Positions 40,626 to 54,400 of a stretch of DNA of 64,000 bases are shown piece by piece; the first letter of the stretch is position 1; each line of letters opens with the position of its first letter. Both the position numbers and the translations under genes were made by a program. Source of the stretch: Ruditapes philippinarum (lineage: Eukaryota); the NCBI RefSeq assembly GCF_026571515.1, contig NW_026859228.1, forward strand, positions 248,001 through 312,000, read 5' to 3'. The notes under the pieces were generated by a model. It searched no databases and was not told the origin of the DNA. It worked only from the letters and a program-made list of their open reading frames with translations.

Positions 40626-43600
40626 CTGTAAAAACCAACAACACAAAACATTCAAAGCTTTCAGGGGAAGCAACTGAGACTAAGTAACAATGCAAAAGGG
40701 AGACTACTTCTAGTTAACGACCTAAATGTTTGTAATGCAATAAAACACAAATAAATGTAGAATGATATGTACTGCTTTGTTTTTAAAATAATTTGGAAAT
40801 AGCAAAGAAAAAACTTTGATCAAACATGATGTTTTTACTTAAGCATTTATCAAGAGTTAGTGACCTTGCTATTTTAATAAGGTTCTGGGTTATGATGGCT
40901 CTGTGGTAAAAAGTAAGTAAAGTAAGATGATATTTGAAATGTAATTACTCATATGAGTACAGACAGATTTTATTCCCTTGTTTCACTTTGAGTTAATGAC
41001 CTATTAAATGACTATAATCAAACAAACAAGAGCTGTCGTTAGGACTATTCTTAGTGCTTGATAGTAAAAAAAGCCTTGATAATGTAAAATTTTCTGAGTT
41101 TATAACAAAAGGACAAATTATTCTTTAAATCCATGTTAGGGTTATATGCCATAGAGAGAGTATTATATTATGCTCTCTTAGAAGAGTATAAAATTTCAAC
41201 TTGTTTCAATAGAATATGAAAATATCTGAGGTGGTATGCAAACCTAAATGAAAACCTAGTTGAAAAAGGGGCAAAATTCTGTCTACAGGTTGGGATCATG
41301 ATGGTGAACAAGTGTGCAAAGTTTCAAAGCCATATGTCAATACACTTTAAAAATATTTGAGGTATTAGAAAAACTTTAACACAAGTGGTTACGCCGACAC
41401 CGACGCCGATGCTCGGGTAACTACAATAGCTCTACTTATTCTTATCAAATAGTTGAGCTAAAAATTGTTGTAAGGATATGAAGAAATGATGGATAAATTA
41501 TGATAAATAATGAATTATTATAAATAATGCTTTAATCCTGTATAAATAATGAGTATCATTTGCAAACTAGAATAATATGCTGTGTAAATGCTGCTATTAC
41601 AAAGAAAAATGCAAGTGTATAGACACAACGATACGTTTGTCATTACATAGTTACAGAAATGAGATATATTTATAATTTCCTATTCCTGGCATAGTATGAA
41701 GAGTAATATACATAGCTAGTGTTGGACATACGCCTCAATCCATCAATAATAACAGACATGACCACAACTTCACAAGGGTAAAAGGCATTTAAATAACAAT
41801 ACATTTTGTGTAACCCATACACCAACCAAGTCACTTCAAACTAGCAACGTTTCTGCACACTATGTGTGTTTGTGTGCAAATGTGTCTGACCTACACATTG
41901 ACTTACTCAATGTACTATCTTCTGATAGTAATTTAGGGTTACTAGGGGGTTTTGAAGGGGTTCTAGATGCCCGTCTGCTCTAACGAGATTCCTGTTTTGA
42001 TTCTAACAGAAACAATAATGTACCAAAATATTAAAAAATAATCAAAGCTAAATCAATGAAAAATTCTTAAAATATAGTTGAAATTCATGCTTTTTAAATT
42101 TGATATAAAGTTATGTTCTAATGATAAAAATGACATTCAAATACACAACAGTACATGTTCAGTGTTTTTGTTTCTTTACTTTTTAAAAAGTCAAAAAGTC
42201 AAATCTGTTAAAAGTTCGTTGCCTGAAAAAAATATATTATTTGCATATGAAAAAATTTCTAGATATATAACTTTGTATTATTTTAAATAAATCTCTCAAC
42301 TAGTAGTGAGACATTTATGTATTATGACGAAAAGAGAGAAAGCACTGCTGTATCTACACAGATATCAGAGATTTAGGTAAAATGTTTCCAACACTGAATA
42401 ATCACAATTATTTCAAGCAGCGTGCAACATAATGAATGCAACAGGCATCATGCAAATGTTCTGTTTCCAGACAAAGCAGGAGGAAACATTTTAAAATCTT
42501 GTACAATAAACGTTTTCATGCTAGACACAAATGAGTTTGTTCTTTACAAAACTTTAACAACAAAAAAAAAACAAATAAACATAAAACAACAAGAAACGTA
42601 TCTTTATTGCCAACATTCTAAAGTAAGATGATAATTTTATATAATTGTGTAAATGAGCAAGTTATCTTCATATAAGTATAGTTCAATTTTTTTTGCTTTC
42701 TTTCAGCAGAATTATTAAAGTTTCGGAACTTATCCAGTTTGTTCCAAATAAACTTTAGGGGAAACATTTTAGTAACAGATCTTTTAAAAAAACTATGATC
42801 AGAGGAAACGTAAAGTTGTTTTTTCTATAGAACAAAAACAACACATTTGTTTATTATGTAACATTCCTAAATGCATGCTCGTATTATATATTTATATATT
42901 TAATATGTACAATGCTGTGTACAATGTTTACAAATATGTGAATATATGTAATAGCTATACTGTCATTTACCATACATTTCACATGACTTTAAAGATCCCA
43001 ACAATTTCTAAAGTTGCTCTTGCGAAACTATATATCAAAATTGCTATTCAAACCAAGACTAATCGTTTAACACGTATTTGTTTACAGTTGCTCTTTAAAC
43101 TGGTCAGATGCACATATGATTCAACAAAGAAAAGTTATGAAAACTTATTTGGATACAAATGTTAAATCCATTTTTTTGAAGTTTATTACTATCTACAGTA
43201 GATAAAAGGATTCTGGTGTGTAACAAAGAAAGTGACTATCTCCCGACACTGTTGAGCAGCTTAAAAGACGTATCATTTAGGACCAGAGACAGCAAATACG
43301 TTTTATCCTTAAGCATACTGCGATAGAGAACATGAACTGTACGCTAGTTGTTGAATAGAAAAGGAAATATTGAAAACTGACATTTTAAATATCAATGTGA
43401 AATGAACTTAAATGATAGACAGGCATGTTTGGCCATTAAACTTTTTTGTCATCTAAGATTAATATAGTGAAACTATACACATAAAATAAGACCATTCACA
43501 CGATATGACGTTGTAGCAACAATAAAAGTCTTCAAACAAATTTTCTATGAAGTTGTATTACTAGAGATTTTGCTGTTATCAAGAAATCTTGCGGAAGTAG

Positions 43601-45779
43601 TTCTGTAACCGAAACTAATTAGCCTTTGCCCCGATTATAGTGCCAGGCCAGCCTATGTCTTTTCTGACCAGGCTCAACACTGTCGATAGCTCATTTTTTT
43701 ACTTTGTTTTTGAAGCCCATAAAACTTTAAAAGGACTGTTCCAAATTCAAAGCGAAGGAAATCTACAGAAATTTAGCAGGTAAAGGCCATAATACCTAAA
43801 ACCTCAATCTATTGAACTAAATGCTAAAGTGGTTTAGCTAAAATGCTAAATTTAAATTCATAGTCTACCATAAATGCTTTGTCTTTAGCGCTCGTTTGCA
43901 TTCTAAAACTTTGTTGATTACATTGAAGAAATTTAAATCAAAGCGATAAATCTACAATATATTTTATGATACTTTACAGTAACGTACATCACAATTTATT
44001 CCCTTTAAGTGTGCTAAGTCATTTAGCAACGCGAAATCTGTGAAAGAGAAAATTCTTCAATTAAAGATTTTATGCATCACTCGAACACATTATATTATGT
44101 TTTTTATAAAATATTAAACATCTTTAAAACTTTTCTACTGTCTTAATGACCGAAGGTCAGTTATTACTAGAAAACCATTGATTGAATATACATAATTTTT
44201 ATTCTAACCAGTAAAACATATGTTTACATGTTAAAGCATTCTCAGAGAGACAAGTCTACACTGAGTTAAACCTACATGACTATTGAGAGAATATCATATA
44301 ACACAACATAAACAAGATTTTGTATTTATAAAAGGCCTTTTTATTTTAATGCTGCATGCCTTCAGATAAGCCAAAATATTTTTAAAAAATCAAACTTAAA
44401 CTGAAACTGAAATTTTAAGAAAAACAAAAAGATTAAAGATAAAAGTATTAATTTCTATGTTATGTGAGTTAATTTACTGTTTTGCAGTATTTTTCACCAT
44501 ATTTCTACTACGTTACTATTAAACACAGTAAAGGCTATTTTTGCACATTTTACCCTTTTTGTAACATACATGGGTTATATTTGCCGTTTGCAATGTGTAA
44601 CTTATTTTCTTTGTTCACTTAACAATATTTTACTTCTTAATTCATTTTTGTTTTCGTGAAAATTAGCATGAATCTGGAGGCGTGCCACTTTAAAATAAGA
44701 TAGACAATGCAACGTTCAATAAGAGTGCTTCCCCTGTCAAGTTTATTTAAACTTCCGCGTTCCAAAGTAAAATATTCACCTATTTATTACAAGGTAAGAA
44801 ATTTAAATTGATTTAAATTAATATTATATCAAATCAAATTTTACAAGTATGCCAACACGATTTATTTTAGTAGATAATGTTATTGTCGTCATAATGATAA
44901 AAAGGTATATTTTAAATTTTTCAAAACAAGTCAAATACCTAAACTTTTTGTTTGTTTCTTTTTTATATTTTCATTTTTATCTTCCTAAATCATAAAGCAT
45001 AAGATGAAAATCAAAGCAAACAATTAACAATATGCGAAATTTTACTAATTGTGTTAAATGTTTGTATGTTTGCCAAATAAAATATTAAACAAGTCACGTG
45101 ACACTAAATATTTTACTTAAGTATTATGATATAAATTCATACGCATTGGTCTCCCTTTGCTTCGCTATATAGCGTATTAGCGTAGCAGGTAAAAATCACT
45201 GTGAGGCGTTTGACAATGATAATCTAATCAGTTAACAAAAACATTTGCCGAAAGACCAATCGGTAAACAAAATATTAGATTTTTAACTTGTTTCATTTTC
45301 TTGTTTATGAAATAAACAAACAGTCAATGGATCTCTGTTTGAAGGATACTTAAATGATATTCTCTCTTTAATCAAAATATAAAATAACCGTACAAAATTA
45401 AATTTTAAGGACTCTTTACCAGTATTTTCCCTTTACCTCCAGACAACTGGTATAGAGTTTAAATCTTTTTGATATTTGATGTCAGTATGAAACGGGTTAC
45501 GACTGAATATTGTCTAAATATTGAGTTATCTAATGAATTATGATGCAATACATTTGAATTTTGTCTAAATATTGAGTAAGCTAATGATTCAACACATTCT
45601 ATCTCACAGTAAATACAACCAAAGTGTTTTCTTAAAATGATGGTATTACATGTACATGGTTAAATACTGTCGAAAAGTGAATTCTTATTTGAAACTAATA
45701 GCACCCTCCACAAATTTCTCTATCTTTTTTATTTGATAAGAATTCAATAAAAATGATACTCTGCACATCGGCCGTTTGT

Positions 45780-48650
45780 TTTACTACGGGCCACGTTCTT
45801 TAATATACAGTCACAGGCTAAGACCTTTCACCAGGGGCTTACCTCCTAGGACCTTCTATACTACCCAAATATACTTCAACTTATTTATGATACATGTCAA
45901 TACAAAATCAAATAATTCTAACACAAAAAATATTTATGATACAATTAATCACTGGTCCTTCTAATTCGATACATTCAGACAAATACTAGTAGAAGGGGAA
46001 ACAACTTAGCCCGCTATCCGGAACTTACACTTGGATCACTGAATGAGTTTGGACTGAAACCTCGCATTAAATACCCAAAAGTAGTGAATATGATAAATAA
46101 TTTTGATATCTTTTGTTTTACTGAAACAAAGCTGAACGACACTGATGTTATATCTTTACGAAACTATGAGTTTATTTCTTAACCAAGAGAACAATCTTCG
46201 CGGAATAGGTGTATTTGTACACAATAATGTTTGTCGTTACTGTAGAAAGTGATTGTGAGTACATTTTGTGGATAAAAATAATCAAAGATATTTTATGTTT
46301 AGATGAAGACCTTCTTTTCACTATTATGTATGTTTTGCCTGAACAATCATTGTTTTACAATACTGCTTTATTATCACTTATGGAGCAAGAAATTGTTCAA
46401 AATTGTAGCTTACATAATTATGTTTTCTTGACTGGCGATGCAAATGCACATACAGGAACGTTACCCGATGACCTAGAAAATGACACGTTTTTAGCAAAAA
46501 AAGAGGTTCTCGCACGATAAAAAGAAAAATCAAACAGGACTAAAATTAATAAACATTTGTAATTTGTTCATATGTAATGGCAGAAAAGGAAAAGATGCCA
46601 ACATTGGCAAATGTACTTTTCGCAACGTTTCGGTAACTGACTATTGTATTTCAAGTGTTTATTACAAAAAATCTCGATTTTGAAATCATCGAAGTAGACA
46701 GTCTGTGTATTCCTAGGGTATTATCAATAAACTTAAATATTATGAAAAATGTGCGAATAAATGAATTTAAAAACAAAGAAAGCGTTCCGCCAAGCATCAC
46801 TTATAAAATGGTAAAGTAACAAAAGTCATGAATTTATATCGAATTTAGACAATTCTGATATGAATGAAATAAATATTTTTAGAAAACTGTACAGCCGACA
46901 ACACCAAATTTTTTTTTAAAAATATGGTATCTGAAAACATCAATGCTGTATTTCCGTTTTTTTTGGGGTTAAAAATTTTCACTCAAAGTCACATCTCAAT
47001 TATAATAACCTGTGTCTGAAACAAAAAAGAGGGAAAAAAACACGAAACGAATTGTGATTCGGCCCTATATGTAGGAACGCTTGCATAAAATACAATTTAG
47101 CTCGAAAACGGAATAATAAATGGAGATCAGACATTTATAGATTAAACCTAAAGGCATCTAGCAAAAATTACAAAAAAATGTAATGAATACGAGTTGAATA
47201 CGTAGCTTCACCATGAAAAATACCCCCTCCCCTCTATATGATATTTATGATAACTTCAAAAATATTAATTTGTCTGCCGAAAATGAGGCTAACGAATTGC
47301 CGCCAAATTTCGTATTAAATGACGTTGATGAAATTCTAAATATGCTAATAACAAAGGAAGAAATTGAAAAAGAAAAAGATCTAAAATCAAACACTGGCAA
47401 ACCCCCATCAGAAGACATAATATTTAATGAATATCTAAAAAGCTCAAAATGTTTAATGATACCTATCTATGAATTGTTTTTTAATAAAGTTTTAGATGCA
47501 GGAAATTTGCCTGACAGCTAGCTTGTAGGTACAATTAAACCGGTTTTTAAAAATAAAGGTAATCATGTATAATCATATTAAATCGTTTATATCAATAAAT
47601 AATTCAGCATTTTTACAAGCGAAAAAGGCTTCGCCAAGGGGATCATTTGATCATTTATCTTCCCTGATAATTAGTTTTTATCTTAATGACCTTTAACATT
47701 TTTGAATGTCACGCGGTAATGAAGTAATTGAGGTAAAAGCTAACAGTAATGAAACACACGTTCTTTTATCTATATATCTATTGAAAGTTCTAATTATTGT
47801 ACGCAGACGATACTTTTAAAAATTCTCAACGAATTCAATAACCATTGTAAGTACTGAAAGCTAAAAATAATACAGAAAAAATGATATGAAATTTGGCACA
47901 CAAAAAATCGTCAATACTCTTTTCTCATTGGAAATACATACTTCTTAAGAACAATCACCAAAACTAGAAAAAGTACCCCATTCTTTATACTATATATCGA
48001 GCAAACTTGTAACCCATAAAAATACAAAATTAGCATAACCCTGTTACGTGATGCTTTATTCAAATACTTTTAAATTATTTTAATTATTTAAATGGATGAA
48101 ACAAAATAATAACAATACTGGCTACTCTTACCTGCGGCTACAACAAAAATCTTTGTCGAGCAATAACACAGTGAAAACGATCAAGCAAACTTTAGCTAAT
48201 CAATTTCTCTAAAAGTGGTCATCAGATTTGACAATATCAAATAAAGGTAAAAAAATATGCTGTTTTTAAAAAGGAATTTAAATTTAAAAACTACTTAAAG
48301 AAATTACCACGATATAAAGGAAATAAGATTCATAAATTTAGGACATCAAACTATAAATTACCAGTTGAAACCGTGCGATCGAAAACCAGACGCATTGAAT
48401 ACATGCAGTGAAAGAAAATGCTTAAATGCCTCTCGGATATAGTAGATGAGTTCCATACCCTTACTCAATGTAAATATTATGAGGACCCCAGAATAAATAT
48501 CTAAAATTATTCCATTATGAAAGACCAAATATAATCAAATATTTTGAGCTAATGAACACCGTCGATGAGACAACTCATCTATGACTTTATAATCTAATAT
48601 CAGTTATCCTTAACTCAACTTGAGATTAAGATAAATTCAATAAACCTACC
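45780..48650 (+). mobile_element. Decayed non-LTR retrotransposon (APE endonuclease plus RT) in the putative 5' intron of copy 4
   Basis: Broken-frame motifs: LGSLN.FGLK..., FDIFCFTETK, VFLTGDANAHTG, ITKEEIEK..D.IFNEYLK..LFFNKVLDAG.LP..IKPVFKNKG, YADD (tacgcagacgat about 47800), and a C-terminal KLPVET..C..C..DEFH..QC. Boundaries approximate. Confidence 0.85.
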
Positions 48651-49031
48651 GGTATGTCAATTGTCATAATTAAAATAATATTTGATTGACTATTTGTTAA
48701 GATCATAGATACATTTTATCGCGCCTTTCCATAACTTTACCATGGAGTGTGTCCGTGAACCAAACATACTATTGGTGTGATGATGAATATTAAAAGTTAC
48801 AATATAAATTTAAAATCTAAAGTTTATGAATATTTATACAGTAAAACAGAAAACAATGAATTCTTCAATTGATATGTACGGTTGTTAAGCAGGAACTGAA
48901 TAAACTGATAAAGTGTTAAACGCAAAGTAATAGGTTTATCTCATCCCATGTATATAAGACAACAATTTAAATGATTTAGAAATAAATATCAATATAAATG
49001 AAGAACTTATATTTTATATTTTTAGGCTGGG

Positions 49032-50921
49032 ATGGAGGTCCCAGGGAAATTAGATCTAGGAGCTCTAAGTGCCGAAAACTTAACATTAGTATGTCTCCCG
49101 TGTGATAATGATGGTTTGAAGGAACCAGCTTATGGCTTCTGCCAGGACTGCCAAGAGCACCTATGTGAAACATGCTTTAAACATCACAGACGGCCACGCC
49201 CAATGAGAAATCATGTCCTTATTGACAAAGAATTCATGCCAAAGACTCAGGTAAATGCACCTACAGCATCTGAGGATACGGCCGACTTTTGCAAGAAACA
49301 CCAAGACAAACCACTAGAATTCTATTGTAGGGATCACACATCTGTGGCTTGTTATGTGTGCGTTACACTAGAACATAAGCAGTGTAGGGTGGACTATATT
49401 CCTGATGTTTCTGGAAACTTGTCTGACGAGATGACTGTTATATTGGAACAAATGGAATCGTTGATTACAAAATGTAAATCAAACATAGAATATGTTAGCA
49501 AAGCTGCGCAAAATCTAGACCTTAGTCATGCTAAAGTTGTTGAAGATATCAAAGTCTTCAGGAAAGAAATAAATGAATGTTTGGACAGAATCGGAACAAG
49601 CATATTAAAAGAAGCTGACACAATTGTAAAAATTGCAAAATGTAAACAGGAAACCGTAAAAGCTGCTTGCTTAGAGATAAATGAAGAGCTTGAATGTTCA
49701 CGTTCGTTGTTAAGTTCATTAAAAGAACAGAACAAGCAAAATAAGTTTTTTATTGAAATGAAAAACGCTGAAAAATGTCTTCCAATACTGACAGATAAGG
49801 AAAAGAACGTATTGCATGCAAATACAGCAAACGATTGTATTCAATTTACCTGTAACGCAAGCATTATAGATTTTCTGAAGACTGAGAAAAGTTATGGAAC
49901 ATTGTCAACATTTGTACAGCCGTGCCAAGATAGAGCAATAGAATTACAATATATAGAAACAATAGACATGAAACTGAATTCAGAGAAAGAAAAAAGTAAC
50001 ATTACTGGTCTGGTAATGATTGCTCCTACGAAAATGGTTGTTTCTGATAACAGTAACGAAAAAAATATAAAACTAATTGACGTTGAGAAAAAAGAGGTTG
50101 TAACAGAGGTAAAGATGTCTTCAATGCCACTTGATGTTATAACTTTTCCAGAAAAAAAGCTTGCTGTAACTTTAAAAGGTGAAACGTTTGTTCAGATATT
50201 GTCTTATTCTGACGCGAAACTTTCATTAGATCAACGTATAGATGTACGAGAAAAGTGTAATGGTGTTGCTTATAGCCAGGATAAATTGGTTGTCACTTGC
50301 CAAATATCAAAGAAAATAATCATTATCAATCTTGAAGGAGATATTCTCAATGTTCTTGGTTCTCCTGCTATATTCTATGGGCCTATGAGAGTTTTTATCA
50401 GCAAGGATGAAACGTTCATATATGTATCGGATAGAGATTGGAGACAAAATAGCAAGTTTTTGAAAATTGATTGGAAAGGAAATTGTTAAAACCGTTTTTG
50501 TAAGTTAATCTTAATTGTATCACTTGAAAATTTTATCGACATATAGAGGAGTTTTTAAATTTTACAGCAAATCTATATGGAAGATAGAGACTATAATAAT
50601 TTGCACTGATTTATTGTTACAGAGACCAGTGGATACAGAAATAAGTGAGACATGTCAAGCCTAGACTTAAAGAAATGGATGTGGTAAGTTTGATTGGACA
50701 AACAAGACTGAGATGAGGAGCTAACAGTCTCATTTTCGGACAATGGATTCAATAGGAGGAGAAAAAAGGCTGTAACACTATGACTTGTGACAGAGACGAA
50801 AAGAATAGTACTGCATATGCGGTCTGTTCAGAAACTCAGAACCACCAGAGTAACACAAGAAGATCTGGAGAGGAGAGGGCTGATATTGTGAAAGTATTCC
50901 ATGTTAAATGAGGATATATAA
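49032..50921 (+). pseudogene. TRIM-like gene copy 4 (subtype A 5' end); 3' end garbled, possibly intact in the real genome
   Basis: Clean 485-aa ORF to 50489. The stretch 50490-50920 follows the paralog 3' end but is riddled with small insertions; the 3' flank after it is clean again. Confidence 0.75.
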
Positions 50922-51217
50922 ATATTACAAAGGAATATGTCGTCCTATCTTAAAAAAAACTGACATTGTCTTTTCTTCGTAAACTGATACGTGATAAATA
51001 AAGATGAGGTGTTCATAAAGTAGGACCTTGCAGGACCAGGTTATGTTAAGTAGGGAACAATAGCTTTCATGCATCAATTTGGCGAGTCATAGAGCAATGA
51101 GATTTTTACTTTGCTCGGCCAGTACACTCTAAATGTATATGTACAAGGTGAAATAAGGTAGAATCATTTTTGTTGGAAAACTTTTTGTTATCATTAAAGT
51201 TGATGTTTTAAATTATT

Positions 51218-51417
51218 GTTTGGTTTAAACATTTTTATCTAAGCTCGATTGCAAAACAAGTTCTTGCAACTTATATTAATCACTTTCGAGTCCGCTTCCT
51301 GGAACCAACCAGTACTGGTGTCATAAGAAGAAACTTGGTTGTGACTCGATTAGGGCTCGAACCAATGATCCATGGGTTGAAAGACAGACACCTTAACCAC
51401 TAGGCCACCGCTCCCCC
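51218..51417 (-). mobile_element. tRNA-derived SINE, same insertion
   Basis: Homologous to 25773-25972 with the same flanks. Confidence 0.88.
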
Positions 51418-54400
51418 TTAAATTATGATGATTATAGAGTAAATAAATGTATATTTGCATGGGCCGTGGATAATGGAAATACTTGATGTACAAATTGATA
51501 TTTTATTGCAGAGAATAGTTAAATTCGCTAAGACTAAACATGAACTCTCAATAACCGTTTTAACGCAAGGAATTAGAACAATTTACTGATGTTTTATTTG
51601 AATGTCATGCAGCCCACTGATGTGAATGGATGTCACCTTAATAAGCTTGGGGTATATAGAACTTTCAAACATTCTTATGCTATTGAACACTATTGCAAAA
51701 TTATTTTTTCCATTTTCGTCATGATATATCTCCCTTCTCTAAGTTTAGTTGCAGTGTGGCGCCAATTAGGCCATAGATTGGGAGATATAAAAAAATCTTC
51801 CAGAAACATAAAAGCATGTCAGTTGTGTGATAATTGTGTTGAATCAGAGCTGCTCCATGTTATGCTTAAATGTCTTATTATGTTAGGGAGAAACAAATAA
51901 TGTTTCATTAACCTGTAATGTCAACTGTAATTTTAATGTGTTAAATGTTTCAGAAAAAAATAATAAAAATTTTGATATGGTTAGAAAAACACCTGTTGTA
52001 ATATGTTGAAAACTAGAAACAATGCTCTATACAATTTGTCTACTTAATGTTTTGAATTTTGTATATATGTTGAACTCTACATTGTACAGTGTAAGTTTTT
52101 AGCTATTACTATATGTTTTAATTTTGTATATAGTCTGAATTATCAGTCGTTAAGGATTTACTATGTTAGAAATTCCTTGTTAATCTGTTTGTTACTAGTC
52201 CTAAGCGATGATACATATTTTATGGGGCTTATTACCCTAATGCATCTAGTGATTATTTTCCAAATCAAATCCAATTTTATCTTTCATTCATTTCTATTTT
52301 AACTAACTTATAAGATTACACTGGAAATATAATAAAGTTGCTGTCTAAAATTAGCAAGGAAAATGCCTAACCTTTATTGTGAGGATTATGTGTAGGAATG
52401 TGAAAGTCTGGACATAATACCTAATTATATAAATAGTCTTTTACAATTCTACCCCACAATGGCTTTGCGCGATGTATATATATATGTATATGTAATTTTA
52501 TGTATTGATGTGATTAATTGTATAATGATGATATTTGAATGAAAGATAAATAAATAAATGTTAAAGACCAAGCTTATGTCTTTTTAATCATGTTTAGTGG
52601 TGAAATGCTCTCGAATATCGTGTCTCTCATTGACATATTCAATGAAACCATAATCACGATAGTCACCTTTGACTTGCAGTTTTCTCTTACATTTTCTCCA
52701 CTTTGTGTACAGTGCTCTGGTCTGAACAGTGCTTATGTATTCTATTTCCACAGACAATAATTATATCCCTTAAAGACGTCTGCTTTCTCTAGTTTTCTTG
52801 TTAAAATAACTGTATGAAGACTCTTGTGACCTCGAATCTCAATGGCGACACCTTGAGCAGTTGAATTATTGAAGTTCCAACTGCTCTCTAGATGGGCTAT
52901 GATGGGGGTTATTGCAAGGTTCGTTTTCATCAGATGTGGCATTAAACACATGTTTACGCGGTCTGTCACACTATAAATAAGGGCACGCTGGACAACATTA
53001 AGCTTACTTGAATTGACTGTTATAATGTTTTTCATCTTCAAAAGACACAAATGCTGTAAAACAAAATTTAAATATTTCAGCAGTTATTAAATGTTAAATC
53101 TCAGCTTTCTATCAAAAACAAAAACATTTCAATTATTATGTTTACCTCTGTTGGTTTAGGTACAATGCTGCACAAAAAAGTCTTTTTGTCATCACATTTG
53201 TATGTAAACATAAACAATCCTAGACACAAATGAGGTTGTTCTTAACAAAAACTTAACAACAAAAAAAAACCATAAAACAACAAAAAACGTATCTTTATTC
53301 CTAACATTCTAATGTAAGGTGATAATATTATATAATTGTGTAAATGAGCAAAGTTAATCTTCACATAACGGTAAAAGTTTCGGAATTTATTCACTATACT
53401 TTCACAAAATAGCATTTGATCCAAATGAACTTAGGGAAAAAATAGTAAACAGATCGTTTCATTTCTTACAAACTGTGATCAGAGGAAGCGTAAAGTTTTT
53501 TTTCTATAGAACAACACAAACACATTTGTTTTTGTATGTCACTTCTTAAATATATGGTGTTTTATATGTACAATGTTGTGTACAATGTTTACAAATATGT
53601 GAATGGCTAGCATATAAAATACTGTAATTTGTCTTTCATATGACTTGACTCTAAAGATCCGAATAATTTCTAAAGTTTGCTCTTGAGAAAACAATATATC
53701 AAAATTGCAATTCAAACTAATACTGGCCATTTGACACATATTTGTTTACAGTTGCTCTAAAAAGTGAGCAGTTACATTTAAGAAAACTGATTGGGCAAAA
53801 CAATAAATCCATTACCAGTATATAAGGTTTATTACTGTTAACAGCAGACAAACGGATTATTGTCTGTAACAAAGGAAGTGACGATATCCTGAAACTGTTA
53901 AGCAGCTTAAAACATATGACATTTTTGGACCAACGAGAGCAAATATTTATAACCTTTAAGCATAATGTGATAGAGAAACATAATTTTACGCTATTTGCTC
54001 AATAGAAAAAGAAATATGATAGGCTAATATTTTCTAAATATCAGTGTGAACTAAACTAGAATGATACATAGGGATATGTCGTAATTGAAAAAAGCTCTAT
54101 CATCCGAGATACCGGTAATTAAATAAGTCGATTCACACGAATTAATGACATTGTATCGACTATTTATCAATATTTGTTGACATTATCCACATGCTTTATT
54201 ATTCTCATTAGTTTTATTGAATTGCGAGTATCTTATTCACAGACTAAAAAGAACCTTTATCGCGACTGTCACAATTTCCTTACAGTTTTCATAACTTCTA
54301 AAAGATTTTATATTTCCCAACTTCGTGGTTAGAATCAACGTTCAGAAAAGTGCTTATTTCAAAGACCAATACACTCTTTTTCGTAGATTCTGTTTTCTTT

